Assembly (NCBI GenBank): GCA_965202665.1
Contig: OZ241841.1
Location: forward strand, 1,996,189 to 2,060,188
Direction: 5' to 3'
DNA length: 64,000 nt
Source of the DNA: Candidatus Spongiisociaceae bacterium
Lineage (GTDB): Bacteria > Actinomycetota > Acidimicrobiia > Spongiisociales > Spongiisociaceae
Below are positions 54,460 to 64,000 of this stretch, one piece after another. Every line of letters begins with the position of its first letter. Position 1 is the stretch's first letter. The translations under genes and the position numbers were made by a program. The notes beneath the pieces are model-generated. The model was given only the letters and a program-made list of their open reading frames with translations. It did no database searches and had not been told where the DNA came from.

Positions 54460-55068
54460 ATGGCCCGTTACACCGGACCCCGCACCCGCCGCAGCCGGCG
54501 CGTCGGCCAGTTGCTCGATGACAACAAGGCCAAGTACTACGACCGCCGCCCCTACCCGCCGGGGGAGCACGGCCGGCGCCGCATTCGGGAAACCGACTAT
54601 CTGATCCAGATGCGGGAGAAGCAAAAGATGCGCCAGATCTACGGGGTGCTGGAGAAGCAGTTTCGCCGCTACTACCGGGAGGCGGCCCGCAGCAAGGGCA
54701 TCACCGGCGACACCCTGCTTCAGTTTTTGGAATGCCGGCTGGACAACGTGGTCTACCGGGCCGGGTTCGCCCGCACCCGCCCCCAGGCCCGGCAGATGGT
54801 CAACCACGGCCATTTCCGGGTGAACGACCGCAAAGTGGACATCCCCTCCTACCGGGTGCGGGCGGGGGATGTGGTGACGGTCAAAGACCGTTCCCGCGAC
54901 TCCATCGTCATCCGACAGGCTTTGGACACGTTGGGCGAACGTATCACTCCGGGTTGGCTGGAGGTCCAACCCGATGACCGCCAAATCACGGTGTCGCAGA
55001 TACCCAACCGTTCTCAGATCGACACCGAAGTCCAGGAGCAACTGGTGGTGGAGTTGTACTCCAAGTAG
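54460..55068 (+). CDS. rpsD: 30S ribosomal protein S4
   Basis: MARYTGPRTRRSRRVGQ... Confidence 0.9.
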   Translation: MARYTGPRTRRSRRVGQLLDDNKAKYYDRRPYPPGEHGRRRIRETDYLIQMREKQKMRQIYGVLEKQFRRYYREAARSKGITGDTLLQFLECRLDNVVYRAGFARTRPQARQMVNHGHFRVNDRKVDIPSYRVRAGDVVTVKDRSRDSIVIRQALDTLGERITPGWLEVQPDDRQITVSQIPNRSQIDTEVQEQLVVELYSK

Positions 55069-55148
55069 CGCCGGCGCACGGGCGGGTCCCAAGCCGCCGG
55101 GCGGGGGAAGTTTGACAAATAAGCCAAGCAGGAGAGGCTGTAACACAA

Positions 55149-56111
55149 GTGCAAGCTTTGATAGTTCAACGTCCTGAAATTCAGTTCCGGTCGGTAACCC
55201 CGACGCGGGCGCAGTTCGTAGTGGAGCCGTTGGAGCCCGGGTTCGGGCACACTTTGGGCAACACGATGCGGCGCACTTTGCTGTCCCGTATTCCGGGGGC
55301 GGCGGTTTCCAGCGTCCGCATCGAGAAGGCCCCTCACGAGTTCACCACCGTTCCCGGGGTGGAGGAGGACGTGGTGGACATCGTGCTCAACATCAAAGGA
55401 TTGATAGTGCGCATGCTGGACCCGGAGCCGCAGGTGCTTACCTTGTCGGTGAAGGGCCCGGGCCGGGCCACCGCCGCCGACTTGAAAATTCCCAGCGGGG
55501 TGGAGGTGGTCAACCCCGACCTGCACATAGCCGCTTTGTCGGAGGGGGGCGTGTTGCAGATGGAACTGACCGTGGAGCAGGGGGTGGGATACCGGAGCGC
55601 CGAGAAAAACAAGCATTCCGATGTGATAGGGGTCATACCGGTGGATTCCATTTTTTCCCCGGTGCGGCATGTGGCTTTCCGGGTGGAACCCACCCAGGTG
55701 GGGCAGATGACCAACTTCGACCAGTTGGTGGTGGATGTGGAAACTGATGGTTCCATCGCCCCCCAGGAGGCGGTTTCCTCGGCGGGGAAGACCTTGCGGG
55801 AGTTGCTGGGCCTGTTCGCCGACGCCGGGGAGGGGATCGGTTTGGAGTTGGGCGACGTCCCGATAGCCGATGCGGTCGCCTCCGACTTGGATTTGGAAAT
55901 CGACGTGCTGGACCTGTCGGAGCGCCCCCGCAACTGCCTGCGCCGGGCCCACATCAACACGGTGGGCGATTTGGTGCGCTCCACCGAGAAGGATCTGCTG
56001 GCCATCACCAACTTCGGTCATAAGAGCCTGGAGGAGGTGATAGCCAAGTTGGACAGCCTCGGTTTGAGCATCGCCGCCCCCGAAGATGAGGAGGAGGAGG
56101 TTTCGGACTGA
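55149..56111 (+). CDS. rpoA: DNA-directed RNA polymerase subunit alpha
   Basis: RpoA NTD/CTD similarity; GTG start. Confidence 0.9.
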   Translation: MQALIVQRPEIQFRSVTPTRAQFVVEPLEPGFGHTLGNTMRRTLLSRIPGAAVSSVRIEKAPHEFTTVPGVEEDVVDIVLNIKGLIVRMLDPEPQVLTLSVKGPGRATAADLKIPSGVEVVNPDLHIAALSEGGVLQMELTVEQGVGYRSAEKNKHSDVIGVIPVDSIFSPVRHVAFRVEPTQVGQMTNFDQLVVDVETDGSIAPQEAVSSAGKTLRELLGLFADAGEGIGLELGDVPIADAVASDLDLEIDVLDLSERPRNCLRRAHINTVGDLVRSTEKDLLAITNFGHKSLEEVIAKLDSLGLSIAAPEDEEEEVSD

Positions 56112-56461
56112 TGCCCCGTCCCCGCAAAGGCCGCCGCCTGGGGGGAGGCCCCGCCCATCAGAAGGCCATCCTGTCCAATTTGGCCCAGTCGCTGATTTGG
56201 GACGGGCGGATCACCACCACCCTCACCAAGGCCAAAGTGTTGCGCCCCTACGTGGAGAAGGTGATCACCAAAGCCCGCAAAGGCGGTTTGCATAACAGGC
56301 GCTTGGTGCTGGCCGACCTGCCCGACTTGGAGGTGGTCACCAAACTGTTCGACGAGGTGGGCCCACGCTACCGGGGGAGGCCGGGCGGTTACACCCGCAT
56401 CGTCAAAATCGGCCCCCGCCGGGGCGACAACGCCGAGATGGCCGTAATAGAACTAGTCTGA
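56111..56461 (+). CDS. rplQ: 50S ribosomal protein L17
   Basis: L17 similarity. Confidence 0.9.
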   Translation: MPRPRKGRRLGGGPAHQKAILSNLAQSLIWDGRITTTLTKAKVLRPYVEKVITKARKGGLHNRRLVLADLPDLEVVTKLFDEVGPRYRGRPGGYTRIVKIGPRRGDNAEMAVIELV

Positions 56462-56550
56462 CCCCCGGCGCCGTCCTTCGCATTCTATTAACGCAACAGG
56501 ATGATACGATAGGCGGCAACGGACGACGCATAATGACAGAGGCGGGGTAA

Positions 56551-57045
56551 GTGTTTAGCCAGTTGGTTCGGGCGGGCCGTCTGGACCGGAGCTTTTTCAC
56601 ATCGCTGGTGTTCGAGGAGCGGGCGGTGGGCAACGCAGTGGCCATTATGGCCGGGCTGGGAATAATTATGTTCGCCCGCCTTTCGGTGTTTTCCATCGTT
56701 TACGCCGCCTTGTACGGGATGTTGCGGGGCCTCATTTCGGCTGGTTTTTTATGGGTGGCGGCCGCTCTGGTTTTCAGACGGTCGGGCCGGTTTCTGACCA
56801 CCTTCCGTCTGGCCGGGTTCGCCCACGTCGGGTTCGCCCCGGCGGTGGTGGTTTCGTTCGTACCGGGGTCCGTTCCGGGGGCGGTGTGGCTGTCCCTGGC
56901 GGCCCTGCTGGTTTCTTTGGCCTGGTACGGGGCGGCGATGAGCGTGGCCGCCGAGGCCCAGTTCGACCTGATCGGCGGTCGGGCCTGGCTGTGCGGGGCG
57001 GCGGCCGCAGTCGGATGGCTGATAGCCCGGCAGCTCGGCATATAA
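56551..57045 (+). CDS. small polytopic membrane protein (Yip1-like?), function unknown
   Basis: 164 aa, 4-5 hydrophobic helices; sits between rplQ and truA. Confidence 0.45.
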   Translation: MFSQLVRAGRLDRSFFTSLVFEERAVGNAVAIMAGLGIIMFARLSVFSIVYAALYGMLRGLISAGFLWVAAALVFRRSGRFLTTFRLAGFAHVGFAPAVVVSFVPGSVPGAVWLSLAALLVSLAWYGAAMSVAAEAQFDLIGGRAWLCGAAAAVGWLIARQLGI

Positions 57046-57052
57046 GTTTCTC

Positions 57053-57814
57053 ATGGCCGATCCGCCCATTGTTTTCCGACTGGATTTGTCGTACGACGGG
57101 GAGGGTTTTCACGGTTACGCCCGCCAGCCGGACCTGCGCACCGTGCAGGGCGAGTTGGAGCAGGCCTTAGCCCGCGTTCTGGGCGGAATAGGTTTCGAGA
57201 CCGAGGCGGCGGGGCGCACCGATGCCGGGGTGCACGCCCGTCAGCAGGTGGTGGGAGTGGTGTTGGAGGCGGGTGCTGGGGATCCGCCCGCCGCGGGCCG
57301 CCTGGCCGGGTCGCTGAGCAAGATACTGGCTCCGGAGATTGCCGTGTTCCGGGCGGTGCGGGCCCCCGCCGGATTTTCGGCCCGCTTCGACGCGGTGCGC
57401 CGCACCTACCGCTACCGCATCCTGAACCGGGAGTTCCCCGACCCGCTCCGCCGCCGTATCGCGTGGCATGTCAAACACCCGTTGGATGTGGAGGGAATGA
57501 ACCGGGCGGTGGGGCATCTGCGGGGCGAGCACGACTTCGCCTCCTTCTGCCGCCGGGCGGAGGGCCGTTCCACCGTGCGCACGGTGGAGAGGGCGGTGTG
57601 GAGTTCCCGCCCCGACGACATGCTCCGTTTCGAGATTTCCGCCTCCGCTTTCTGCCATCAGATGGTGCGTTCCATCACCGCCTGGTCGGTGGAGGTAGGC
57701 CGCGGCCGCCGCTCCCCGGAGGAAACCCCGTCCGTCCTAGCGGCCCAAGACCGGGCCGCCGCCGCCGGAGCCGCCCCGCCCCACGGCCTAACCCTCTGGC
57801 AAGTGGACTACTGA
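57053..57814 (+). CDS. truA: tRNA pseudouridine(38-40) synthase
   Basis: TruA similarity (RLDLSYDGEGFHGYARQP...RTDAGVHA). Confidence 0.85.
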   Translation: MADPPIVFRLDLSYDGEGFHGYARQPDLRTVQGELEQALARVLGGIGFETEAAGRTDAGVHARQQVVGVVLEAGAGDPPAAGRLAGSLSKILAPEIAVFRAVRAPAGFSARFDAVRRTYRYRILNREFPDPLRRRIAWHVKHPLDVEGMNRAVGHLRGEHDFASFCRRAEGRSTVRTVERAVWSSRPDDMLRFEISASAFCHQMVRSITAWSVEVGRGRRSPEETPSVLAAQDRAAAAGAAPPHGLTLWQVDY

Positions 57815-57853
57815 GTTCATATACGCACTGTATTCGGCTAAGCGTTGGCTTAA

Positions 57854-59836
57854 TCAAGGGTTGAGGACTGCTAGGAGTTGGTTGGCTTCTACTTGGTCGC
57901 CGGGGGTTATGTTGACCGAGGCCACCACCCCGGAGCGGGGGGCGGAGATGGTGTGTTCCATTTTCATCGCCTCCAGCACCACCAGCGGTTCTCCGGCTTC
58001 CACCTGTTGGCCGGCCGTCGCTTCCACCCGCAGGATTTTGCCGGGCATCGGAGAATGCAACGACCCGGTTTCGGCCTCCGCTTCCGCCACCGGCAGGCGG
58101 GGAAGCAGGGTCAAAGTCGCATCCGCTACGGCGGTATCCACGAACCGGCGGTCGCCCGCCCGGGCTACCTGAAAAATGCGGTCCACTCCCCGCCAACGCA
58201 GGCGCACCCGGTCGGGGGCGGCCTCCAACAGCTCCGCTTGCGGACGGGCCTCCCCGTCTATTTCCACCGTCGCCCCGTCCTCCCTCATCCGGTAGCCCAC
58301 TTTTATTTCCCGCTCCCCGAACCGGTACCGGTCGTAGATCAACTGGGAGGGGTTGTTGCGGTAGCCGGAGGGGACGGCGGCCAGTACCTTGGCCTGCGCC
58401 CTCCGCTCCGCTTGGCCCGCTAAAGAAGCCGCCGCGGCCATCGCCTCCAAATCCTCCCCTTCGGCCAGCGGCGCCCCCAGCCGGGCCGCGTCCTGGCGGT
58501 CCAGCCAGCCGGTGTCCGCCCGTCCCGCCGCAAAATCCTCGTGTTCCAAGATGCGCGCCAACAGTTCCCGGTTGGTGATCAGGCCGTGGATGCGGGCCGC
58601 CCGCAAGCCCGATGCCAACTTGCGGGCCGCCCCCGCCCGATCCTCCGCCCAAGAAATCGCTTTGGCCACCAGCGGATCGTAGAAAACGGAGATCTGCGAA
58701 CCCGACTCCGGTCCGGCGTCCACCCGCAGGCCCTCCGGAAACTCCAGACGATGCAGGGTTCCGGTCTGGGGCAGGAAACCCCGGGCCGGGTCCTCGGCGT
58801 ACAACCGGGCTTCGATGGCGTGCCCCCGCATCCCCCGCCGCCGCGCCGACTCCAACACCGGGGACAGGTCGGCCCCCTCCGCCGACCGGATCTGCAGCTC
58901 AACCAAGTCCAGGCCGGTCACCGCCTCGGTCACCGGATGCTCCACCTGCAGGCGGGCGTTCATTTCCAAAAACCAGAACGACCCGTCCTCTTCAACCAGG
59001 AACTCCGCCGTTCCCGCCCCCTCGTAGGACGCCGCCCGGGCCAGCGCAACCGCCGCCGCCCCCAGCCGTTCCCGCAGGTCGTCGTTCACCGCCGGGGAAG
59101 GGGCTTCTTCTATCACCTTCTGATAACGCCGTTGCACCGAACATTCCCGTTCAAACAGGAAACCGACGTTCCCGCGCCGGTCGGCCATCACCTGCACCTC
59201 GATGTGGCGGGGCCGCTCCAGGAACCGCTCCAGCAGAAGCGCCCCGTCCCCGAAAGCCGAAACCGCTTCCCGGCCCGCCGCCCGCGTCGCCTCCTCCAGT
59301 TCCCCCGCCTCCCGCACGATGCGCATGCCTTTCCCGCCGCCCCCCGCCGAAGCTTTCACCAGCAACGGAAACCCGACCTCCTCCGCCGCCTCCCGCAGGC
59401 CGGTCCCGTCCGCCGCCGCCCTCGCCGCCAGAACCGGAACCCCCGCCCCGGCCGCGATGGCCTTCGCCTCCGCCTTGGAACCCATCGCCCGCATCGCTTC
59501 CGTCGGGGGTCCGATGAAAATCAGCCCCGCTTCCCGGCAGGCGGCGGCGAAGTCGGCGTTTTCCGCCAGGAACCCGTATCCGGGATGGACGGCGTCCGCC
59601 CCCGCCGCCCGCGCCGCCGCCACCGTCTTGCTGATGTCCAAGTAGGAGGCGGAAGGTTCCGAACCCCCCAGATGAACCGCCGCCGACGCCTCCCGCGCGA
59701 ACGGCTCATCCGCGTCCGCATCCGAATAGACGGCCGCCGCGTCTATTCCCAGGCGGCGGCAGGTGCGGAACACCCGGCGGGCGATCTCCCCCCGGTTGGC
59801 GACCAGTATTCGGCGTATCGTTGCCTTCCCGTTCAT
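57854..59836 (-). CDS. acyl-CoA carboxylase alpha subunit (biotin carboxylase + biotin carboxyl carrier domain), methylcrotonyl/propionyl-CoA carboxylase type
   Basis: Biotin carboxylase N-terminus (RILVANRGEIA), ATP-grasp, and C-terminal biotinyl-lysine motif EAMKMEH. Start at the internal ATG of ORF 57854..60004. Confidence 0.85.
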   Translation of the reverse strand: MNGKATIRRILVANRGEIARRVFRTCRRLGIDAAAVYSDADADEPFAREASAAVHLGGSEPSASYLDISKTVAAARAAGADAVHPGYGFLAENADFAAACREAGLIFIGPPTEAMRAMGSKAEAKAIAAGAGVPVLAARAAADGTGLREAAEEVGFPLLVKASAGGGGKGMRIVREAGELEEATRAAGREAVSAFGDGALLLERFLERPRHIEVQVMADRRGNVGFLFERECSVQRRYQKVIEEAPSPAVNDDLRERLGAAAVALARAASYEGAGTAEFLVEEDGSFWFLEMNARLQVEHPVTEAVTGLDLVELQIRSAEGADLSPVLESARRRGMRGHAIEARLYAEDPARGFLPQTGTLHRLEFPEGLRVDAGPESGSQISVFYDPLVAKAISWAEDRAGAARKLASGLRAARIHGLITNRELLARILEHEDFAAGRADTGWLDRQDAARLGAPLAEGEDLEAMAAAASLAGQAERRAQAKVLAAVPSGYRNNPSQLIYDRYRFGEREIKVGYRMREDGATVEIDGEARPQAELLEAAPDRVRLRWRGVDRIFQVARAGDRRFVDTAVADATLTLLPRLPVAEAEAETGSLHSPMPGKILRVEATAGQQVEAGEPLVVLEAMKMEHTISAPRSGVVASVNITPGDQVEANQLLAVLNP

Positions 59837-59846
59837 GCCGCTCCCC

Positions 59847-61382
59847 TCACATCCGGAACACGCCGAAATGGCCGGTTCCCGCCACCTCGCCGGAGTGGAC
59901 GGCCGACAGGGCGATGCCCAGCACGGTGCGGGTGTGGCGGGGGTCGATGAGGCCGTCGTCCCGCACCCGGGCCGTGGAGTAATAGGGACTTGACTCTTCT
60001 TCAATCTGCTGTTCGATGGCTTCCCGCCGGGTCGCCGCCTGCTCCTCGTCGTATTCCGCGCCTTTGGCCTCCGCCGCGTTGCGGGCCACGATGTCCAGCA
60101 CCCCCGCCAACTGCTCCGGCCCCATCACCGCTATTTTGTGGCTGGGCCAGGAGAACACGAACCGGGGGTCGTAGGCGCGCCCGGCCATCCCGTAGTTGCC
60201 CGCCCCGTAGGAGGCCCCCGCCATGAGGGTTATGTGGGGCACGGCGGAGTTGGTGACCGCGTTGATCATCTTCGCCCCGTCTTTGATGATCCCCCGCCGT
60301 TCGTATTCCCTCCCCACCATGTAGCCGGTGGTGTTTTGGATGAACAGGATGGGGATGTCGTGCATGTTGCACAGGGAGATGAACTCGGTGGCTTTCTGCG
60401 CCTCCTCGGAGAACAGGACCCCTTGCTGGTTGGCGATTATTCCCAGAGGGAAGCCGTGCAGCGACCCCCAGCCGGTGACCAGCGACCGCCCGTACAGCTG
60501 CTTGTATTCGCCGAAGCGGGAGCCGTCCGCCAGCCGGGCGATCACCGCCCGCATGTCGAACGGGATGCGCAGGTCGGCGGAGGCTATCCCCAGCAGGTCC
60601 TCCGCCGGATGCAACGGGTCGTCCGCCTCCCAGACGGGCCCGTAGCCCAGCTTTTTCCACTTCAAATGGGCCATGATCATCCGCCCGATGCGCAGGCAGT
60701 CGTATTCGTCGGCCGCCAGGTAGTCGGACAGGCCGGACACCGCGGAATGCATTTCCGCCCCGCCCAGTTCCTCGTCGGTGCTGTCCTCCCCGGTGGCCAT
60801 TTTCACCAGCGGCGGGCCTCCCAGAAACACTTTGGCCCGTTCTTTGATCATCACCGAATAGTCGGCCATCCCCGGCACGTAGGCCCCGCCCGCGGTGGAG
60901 GAGCCGAACACCAGGGCGATGTTGGGAATGCCCGCCCGGGACATCCGGGTCTGGTTGCGGAACCATTTTCCGCCTTCCACGAACACTTCCGCCTGGGTGG
61001 GCAGGTCCGCCCCGCCCGACTCCACCAGGCTGATGAGGGGCAGGCGGTTCTGAAAGGCGATTTCCTGGGCGCGCAAGGTTTTGCGGGTGGTGAAAGGGTT
61101 CATGGACCCTCCCCGGGAGGTGGGGTCGTGGCCCAGCAAAACGCATTCCACTCCCGACACCGCCCCAATTCCGGTAACCGCGTTGCCCCCGGTGGGAAAG
61201 CCGGTTCCCGCCGCCGCCAGCGGGGACAGTTCCAGAAAAGGGGAGTCTTGGTCGAGGAGCAGTTCGATCCGTTCCCGCACCAGCAGTTTGCCCCGTCGCC
61301 GGTGCCGCTCGATGTAGCGGGGGCCGCCTCCGGCCCGGGAGTCCGCCAGGCGGGATTCCAGCTCCGCCAAACGTTCCAGCAT
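59847..61382 (-). CDS. acyl-CoA carboxylase carboxyltransferase (beta) subunit
   Basis: Carboxyltransferase-wide similarity. Start at the internal Met (MLERLAELESRLA). Confidence 0.85.
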   Translation of the reverse strand: MLERLAELESRLADSRAGGGPRYIERHRRRGKLLVRERIELLLDQDSPFLELSPLAAAGTGFPTGGNAVTGIGAVSGVECVLLGHDPTSRGGSMNPFTTRKTLRAQEIAFQNRLPLISLVESGGADLPTQAEVFVEGGKWFRNQTRMSRAGIPNIALVFGSSTAGGAYVPGMADYSVMIKERAKVFLGGPPLVKMATGEDSTDEELGGAEMHSAVSGLSDYLAADEYDCLRIGRMIMAHLKWKKLGYGPVWEADDPLHPAEDLLGIASADLRIPFDMRAVIARLADGSRFGEYKQLYGRSLVTGWGSLHGFPLGIIANQQGVLFSEEAQKATEFISLCNMHDIPILFIQNTTGYMVGREYERRGIIKDGAKMINAVTNSAVPHITLMAGASYGAGNYGMAGRAYDPRFVFSWPSHKIAVMGPEQLAGVLDIVARNAAEAKGAEYDEEQAATRREAIEQQIEEESSPYYSTARVRDDGLIDPRHTRTVLGIALSAVHSGEVAGTGHFGVFRM

Positions 61383-61481
61383 CGCCTCCCGGTTGCGTTG
61401 GAAAAGCGGCTGGCCGGGGTCCGCCCCGGAGGGGAGAACCGGCAATTCGGCGGAGGAGGGGATCACAAACCCGGATAATAG

Positions 61482-62789
61482 TTGCCCGCCGCGGCGGGCG
61501 GGCGGGGGCGCGGTTCCGCTATTGTGTGGCCAGTCGGACAGGCAGGAGAAGGTTTGGACTTCCAATATTCATCCCGGGTGGAGCGGTTGCGGGAAGAGTT
61601 GCTGAATTTTATGGAGGAGCGGGTGTATCCCGCCGAGCCGGCGTACGAGGAACAGATGGCGGCGGCGGGGGACCCCGGTTTTCATCCTCCGATCATGGAG
61701 GATTTGAAAGCGGAGGCCCGGCGGCGGGGGTTGTGGAACCTGTTCCTTCCCGACCCGGAGCTGGGGGCCGGGTTGTCGGTGCTGGAATACGCCCCTTTGG
61801 CGGAGATCACCGGGCGCAGCATTGAAATCGCCCCGGAGTCGGTCAACTGCTCCGCTCCCGACACCGGCAATATGGAAATCCTGCACATGTTCGGAACCCC
61901 GGAACAGAAGCGCCGTTGGCTGCATCCGTTGCTGGACGGGGAGATTCGTTCCTGTTTTTCCATGACCGAACCGGATGTGGCCTCCTCGGACGCCATGAAC
62001 ATCCGCACCCGCGTGGAAAAAGAGGGGGACGAGTACGTGATCCGGGGGCGGAAATGGTTTTCCACCGGGGCCATCAGCCCCCGTTGCCGGGTGTCCATCG
62101 TCATGGGGGTTACCGATCCGCAAGCCGAACCGTACCGCCGGCAGAGCATGGCGCTGGTTCCGATGGATGCGCCGGGGGTGGAGGTGGAGGCCGATTCCAG
62201 CGTGTTCGGCTACCACGACCGGGGAGGGCACGGGACCATCCATTTCGACGGGGTGCGGGTTCCGGCCGGAAACCTGCTGGGGGAGGAGGGGGGCGGGTTC
62301 GCCATCGCCCAGGCCCGCTTGGGGCCGGGCCGGATTCATCATTGCATGCGGGCCATCGGGATGGCGGAGCGGGCCTTTGACATGATGTGTTCGCGGGCGC
62401 TGGCCCGGGAAACCTTCGGGTCGGCGGTGGCCGGGCACGGGGTGGTGCAGGAATGGATAGCCGACACCCGGCTGGCCATAGAACAGGCCCGCCTGTTGGT
62501 GCTGAAAACCGCCTGGTTGATCGACGTGGCCGGAACCCGTTCCGCCCGGGTGGAAATTTCGGCCATCAAAGTGGCGGTGCCCCGCATGGTCAAACTGGCG
62601 CTGGACCGGGCCATCCAAGTGTTCGGGGCGGCGGGGGTGACGGAAAACTTTCCGCTGGCCCGGATGTACGCCCATGCCCGCACCCTGCAGATAGTGGACG
62701 GCCCCGACGAGGTGCACCAAAGATCCCTGGCCCGCCGGGAACTGCGCCGTTACCAACCCGGCCACGTCCCCGACCCCTACCCCGCCTGA
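61482..62789 (+). CDS. acyl-CoA dehydrogenase family protein
   Basis: ACAD N/M/C domain similarity. Start uncertain: alternative TTG at 61554 with an AGGAGAAGG RBS. Confidence 0.8.
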   Translation: MPAAAGGRGRGSAIVWPVGQAGEGLDFQYSSRVERLREELLNFMEERVYPAEPAYEEQMAAAGDPGFHPPIMEDLKAEARRRGLWNLFLPDPELGAGLSVLEYAPLAEITGRSIEIAPESVNCSAPDTGNMEILHMFGTPEQKRRWLHPLLDGEIRSCFSMTEPDVASSDAMNIRTRVEKEGDEYVIRGRKWFSTGAISPRCRVSIVMGVTDPQAEPYRRQSMALVPMDAPGVEVEADSSVFGYHDRGGHGTIHFDGVRVPAGNLLGEEGGGFAIAQARLGPGRIHHCMRAIGMAERAFDMMCSRALARETFGSAVAGHGVVQEWIADTRLAIEQARLLVLKTAWLIDVAGTRSARVEISAIKVAVPRMVKLALDRAIQVFGAAGVTENFPLARMYAHARTLQIVDGPDEVHQRSLARRELRRYQPGHVPDPYPA

Positions 62790-63468
62790 CCGCCCGCCCC
62801 GGGTTCCGCAGGCAACAATAGGGCCCACTTGCGCTTGCGACGAGCCGGCACGCGGCAGCGAATTGCCAATCGGTAGGCCCTCTCGGCGGTGATAGGGCCG
62901 CCGGGAGGGTAGCGTCTTGTCATTTTACGATAAAAGTCGTTGGCAAAGAAAAATGACGCCCGCGGCGACTATGAAAAATGCGCCGGCAAGGGTGACCGCT
63001 ACCGCTACCGGCGGCGTCCCGTTGGCGATGAACCAACTGAGCCCCCCGAACATGACCCACGCCGACCCAAGGAGGGCGGTGTTCTTGGCCGATATTCTCC
63101 TCCTGGGCAACAGGCGGCCGGTTGGGGAAGAGCCGGGCTCGTTACGCGAGGAGCGTCCGCGAGGCGGGGCGTCGTCCTGCGAGGGGCGGGTTGCGTTTCG
63201 GTCAGCATCGGCTGTTTGCCGGACATGCGCGGAGAAAGCGGCCTGGGATTCGGTGCGGTCTTCAGGCTTGGAATGCGGCACGATAGAGAATGTAGCGTAT
63301 TTGAGGAAGTAGCGGTACCGCCGGGTATGCGCCACGTAGCGGAAGCCGGCCGGGTTTTTGTCACACCCTCCTGTTTATCTTGCATGAGGCGGGCGGGCAC
63401 ATGGGACCGCCTCGGAAAATATCGGGAATGTTGGGAATAAAAATCGGACAAGGAGGGTTATACGGGTT

Positions 63469-63765
63469 ATGGATACGCGATTGACGCTCGTACCGGACGA
63501 CGCCCCCGCTTGGTCGGAGGACGACACTTGGCGGGACTTGGCGGCTTGCCTGGGGTTTGACAGCGATGTCTTCTTCCCCGACGACATGGACGCCGAGGCG
63601 GTGGCGCGCGCCAAGGAGGTGTGCGAATCCTGCCCGGTCGCCGGCAACTGTCTGGAATGGGCTTTGGAAACCAACCAGACGGAAGGAATTTGGGGCGGTT
63701 TTACCCGTTTCGAGCGGCGGGCCGTCAAGCGGCGCCGGCAACGGCGGATGCGGGAAGCCGGATAA
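63469..63765 (+). CDS. whiB: WhiB-family (Wbl) FeS transcriptional regulator
   Basis: Four conserved Cys (C...C.SCP..G.C) and the GIWGG turn followed by a basic tail. Confidence 0.8.
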   Translation: MDTRLTLVPDDAPAWSEDDTWRDLAACLGFDSDVFFPDDMDAEAVARAKEVCESCPVAGNCLEWALETNQTEGIWGGFTRFERRAVKRRRQRRMREAG

Positions 63766-64000
63766 ACGGTCCGCGGTCCGGCCCCCGTCGGCCTTTTCCA
63801 CCGCAGGCCTTTGCGGCATTGACCGCGTAAAACCGCCGGCGGCGGGTAGCCTGCGACCCGGATGCGCTCTTTCCTCGATTTCCTACTTGATCAGTTGGGC
63901 AATCTGGGGCTCAGCCTGCTCCTCTTGGTGGTGGTGTTGACGGCGCGGGCCCTGGTTCTGCGCGCCCTCATTCCCCGTCTGGACGGCTCCGAATCGGTGT

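Noticed and set aside
62925-63335. 136-aa minus-strand ORF (and its plus-strand partner 62917..63312) upstream of whiB
   Set aside because: Only the last ~55 residues look like a two-helix membrane peptide and the rest is low-complexity. Kept as unannotated for lack of evidence.
1-64000. Search for tRNA/rRNA genes (GTTCGA[AT]TCC T-loop, TAGCTCAG D-loop motifs)
   Set aside because: No matches outside coding context; no RNA genes called.

Overview
This is a high-GC actinobacterial chromosome segment; the WhiB-family regulator and the gene order support that. The first ~25 kb is metabolic/accessory DNA. It holds a partial ProX-like binding protein and ppc. It also holds an apparent one-carbon/betaine module transcribed on the minus strand as one block: fhs, a selenocysteine formate dehydrogenase whose FeS and catalytic parts are split and gene-order-permuted around a NuoE/NuoF-like flavoprotein, an MFS transporter and a GcvT-family aminomethyltransferase. 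Next to it sit a ProV/ProW betaine transporter, a second ABC transporter with no binding-protein gene, and a ChbG-like deacetylase. Several visibly lower-GC insertions interrupt this region. They are a duplicated 175-bp segment flanking NYN-domain gene remnants and an IS481-type transposase remnant, a frameshifted AlbA_2/HATPase_c_4 gene next to an AT-rich repeat-bearing spacer, and an AAA-ATPase gene preceded by three tandem 77-bp promoter/palindrome units that abut rplJ. From ~26 kb to ~57.8 kb runs the conserved ribosomal super-operon: rplJL, rpoBC, rpsL-rpsG-fusA-tuf, the S10, spc and alpha operons, then truA. It is followed by a biotin-carboxylase/carboxyltransferase/acyl-CoA dehydrogenase cluster and whiB. 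The strongest anomaly is tuf. Its first ~370 codons end almost exclusively in G or T, unlike every neighbouring gene, and then switch back to native codon usage. Other notable points are an in-frame UGA with a textbook SECIS hairpin plus an apparent late frameshift in the formate dehydrogenase, a ~330-aa coiled-coil tail on RpoC whose distal part is AT-richer, acidic tails on several ribosomal proteins, and the absence of infA between map and rpmJ.
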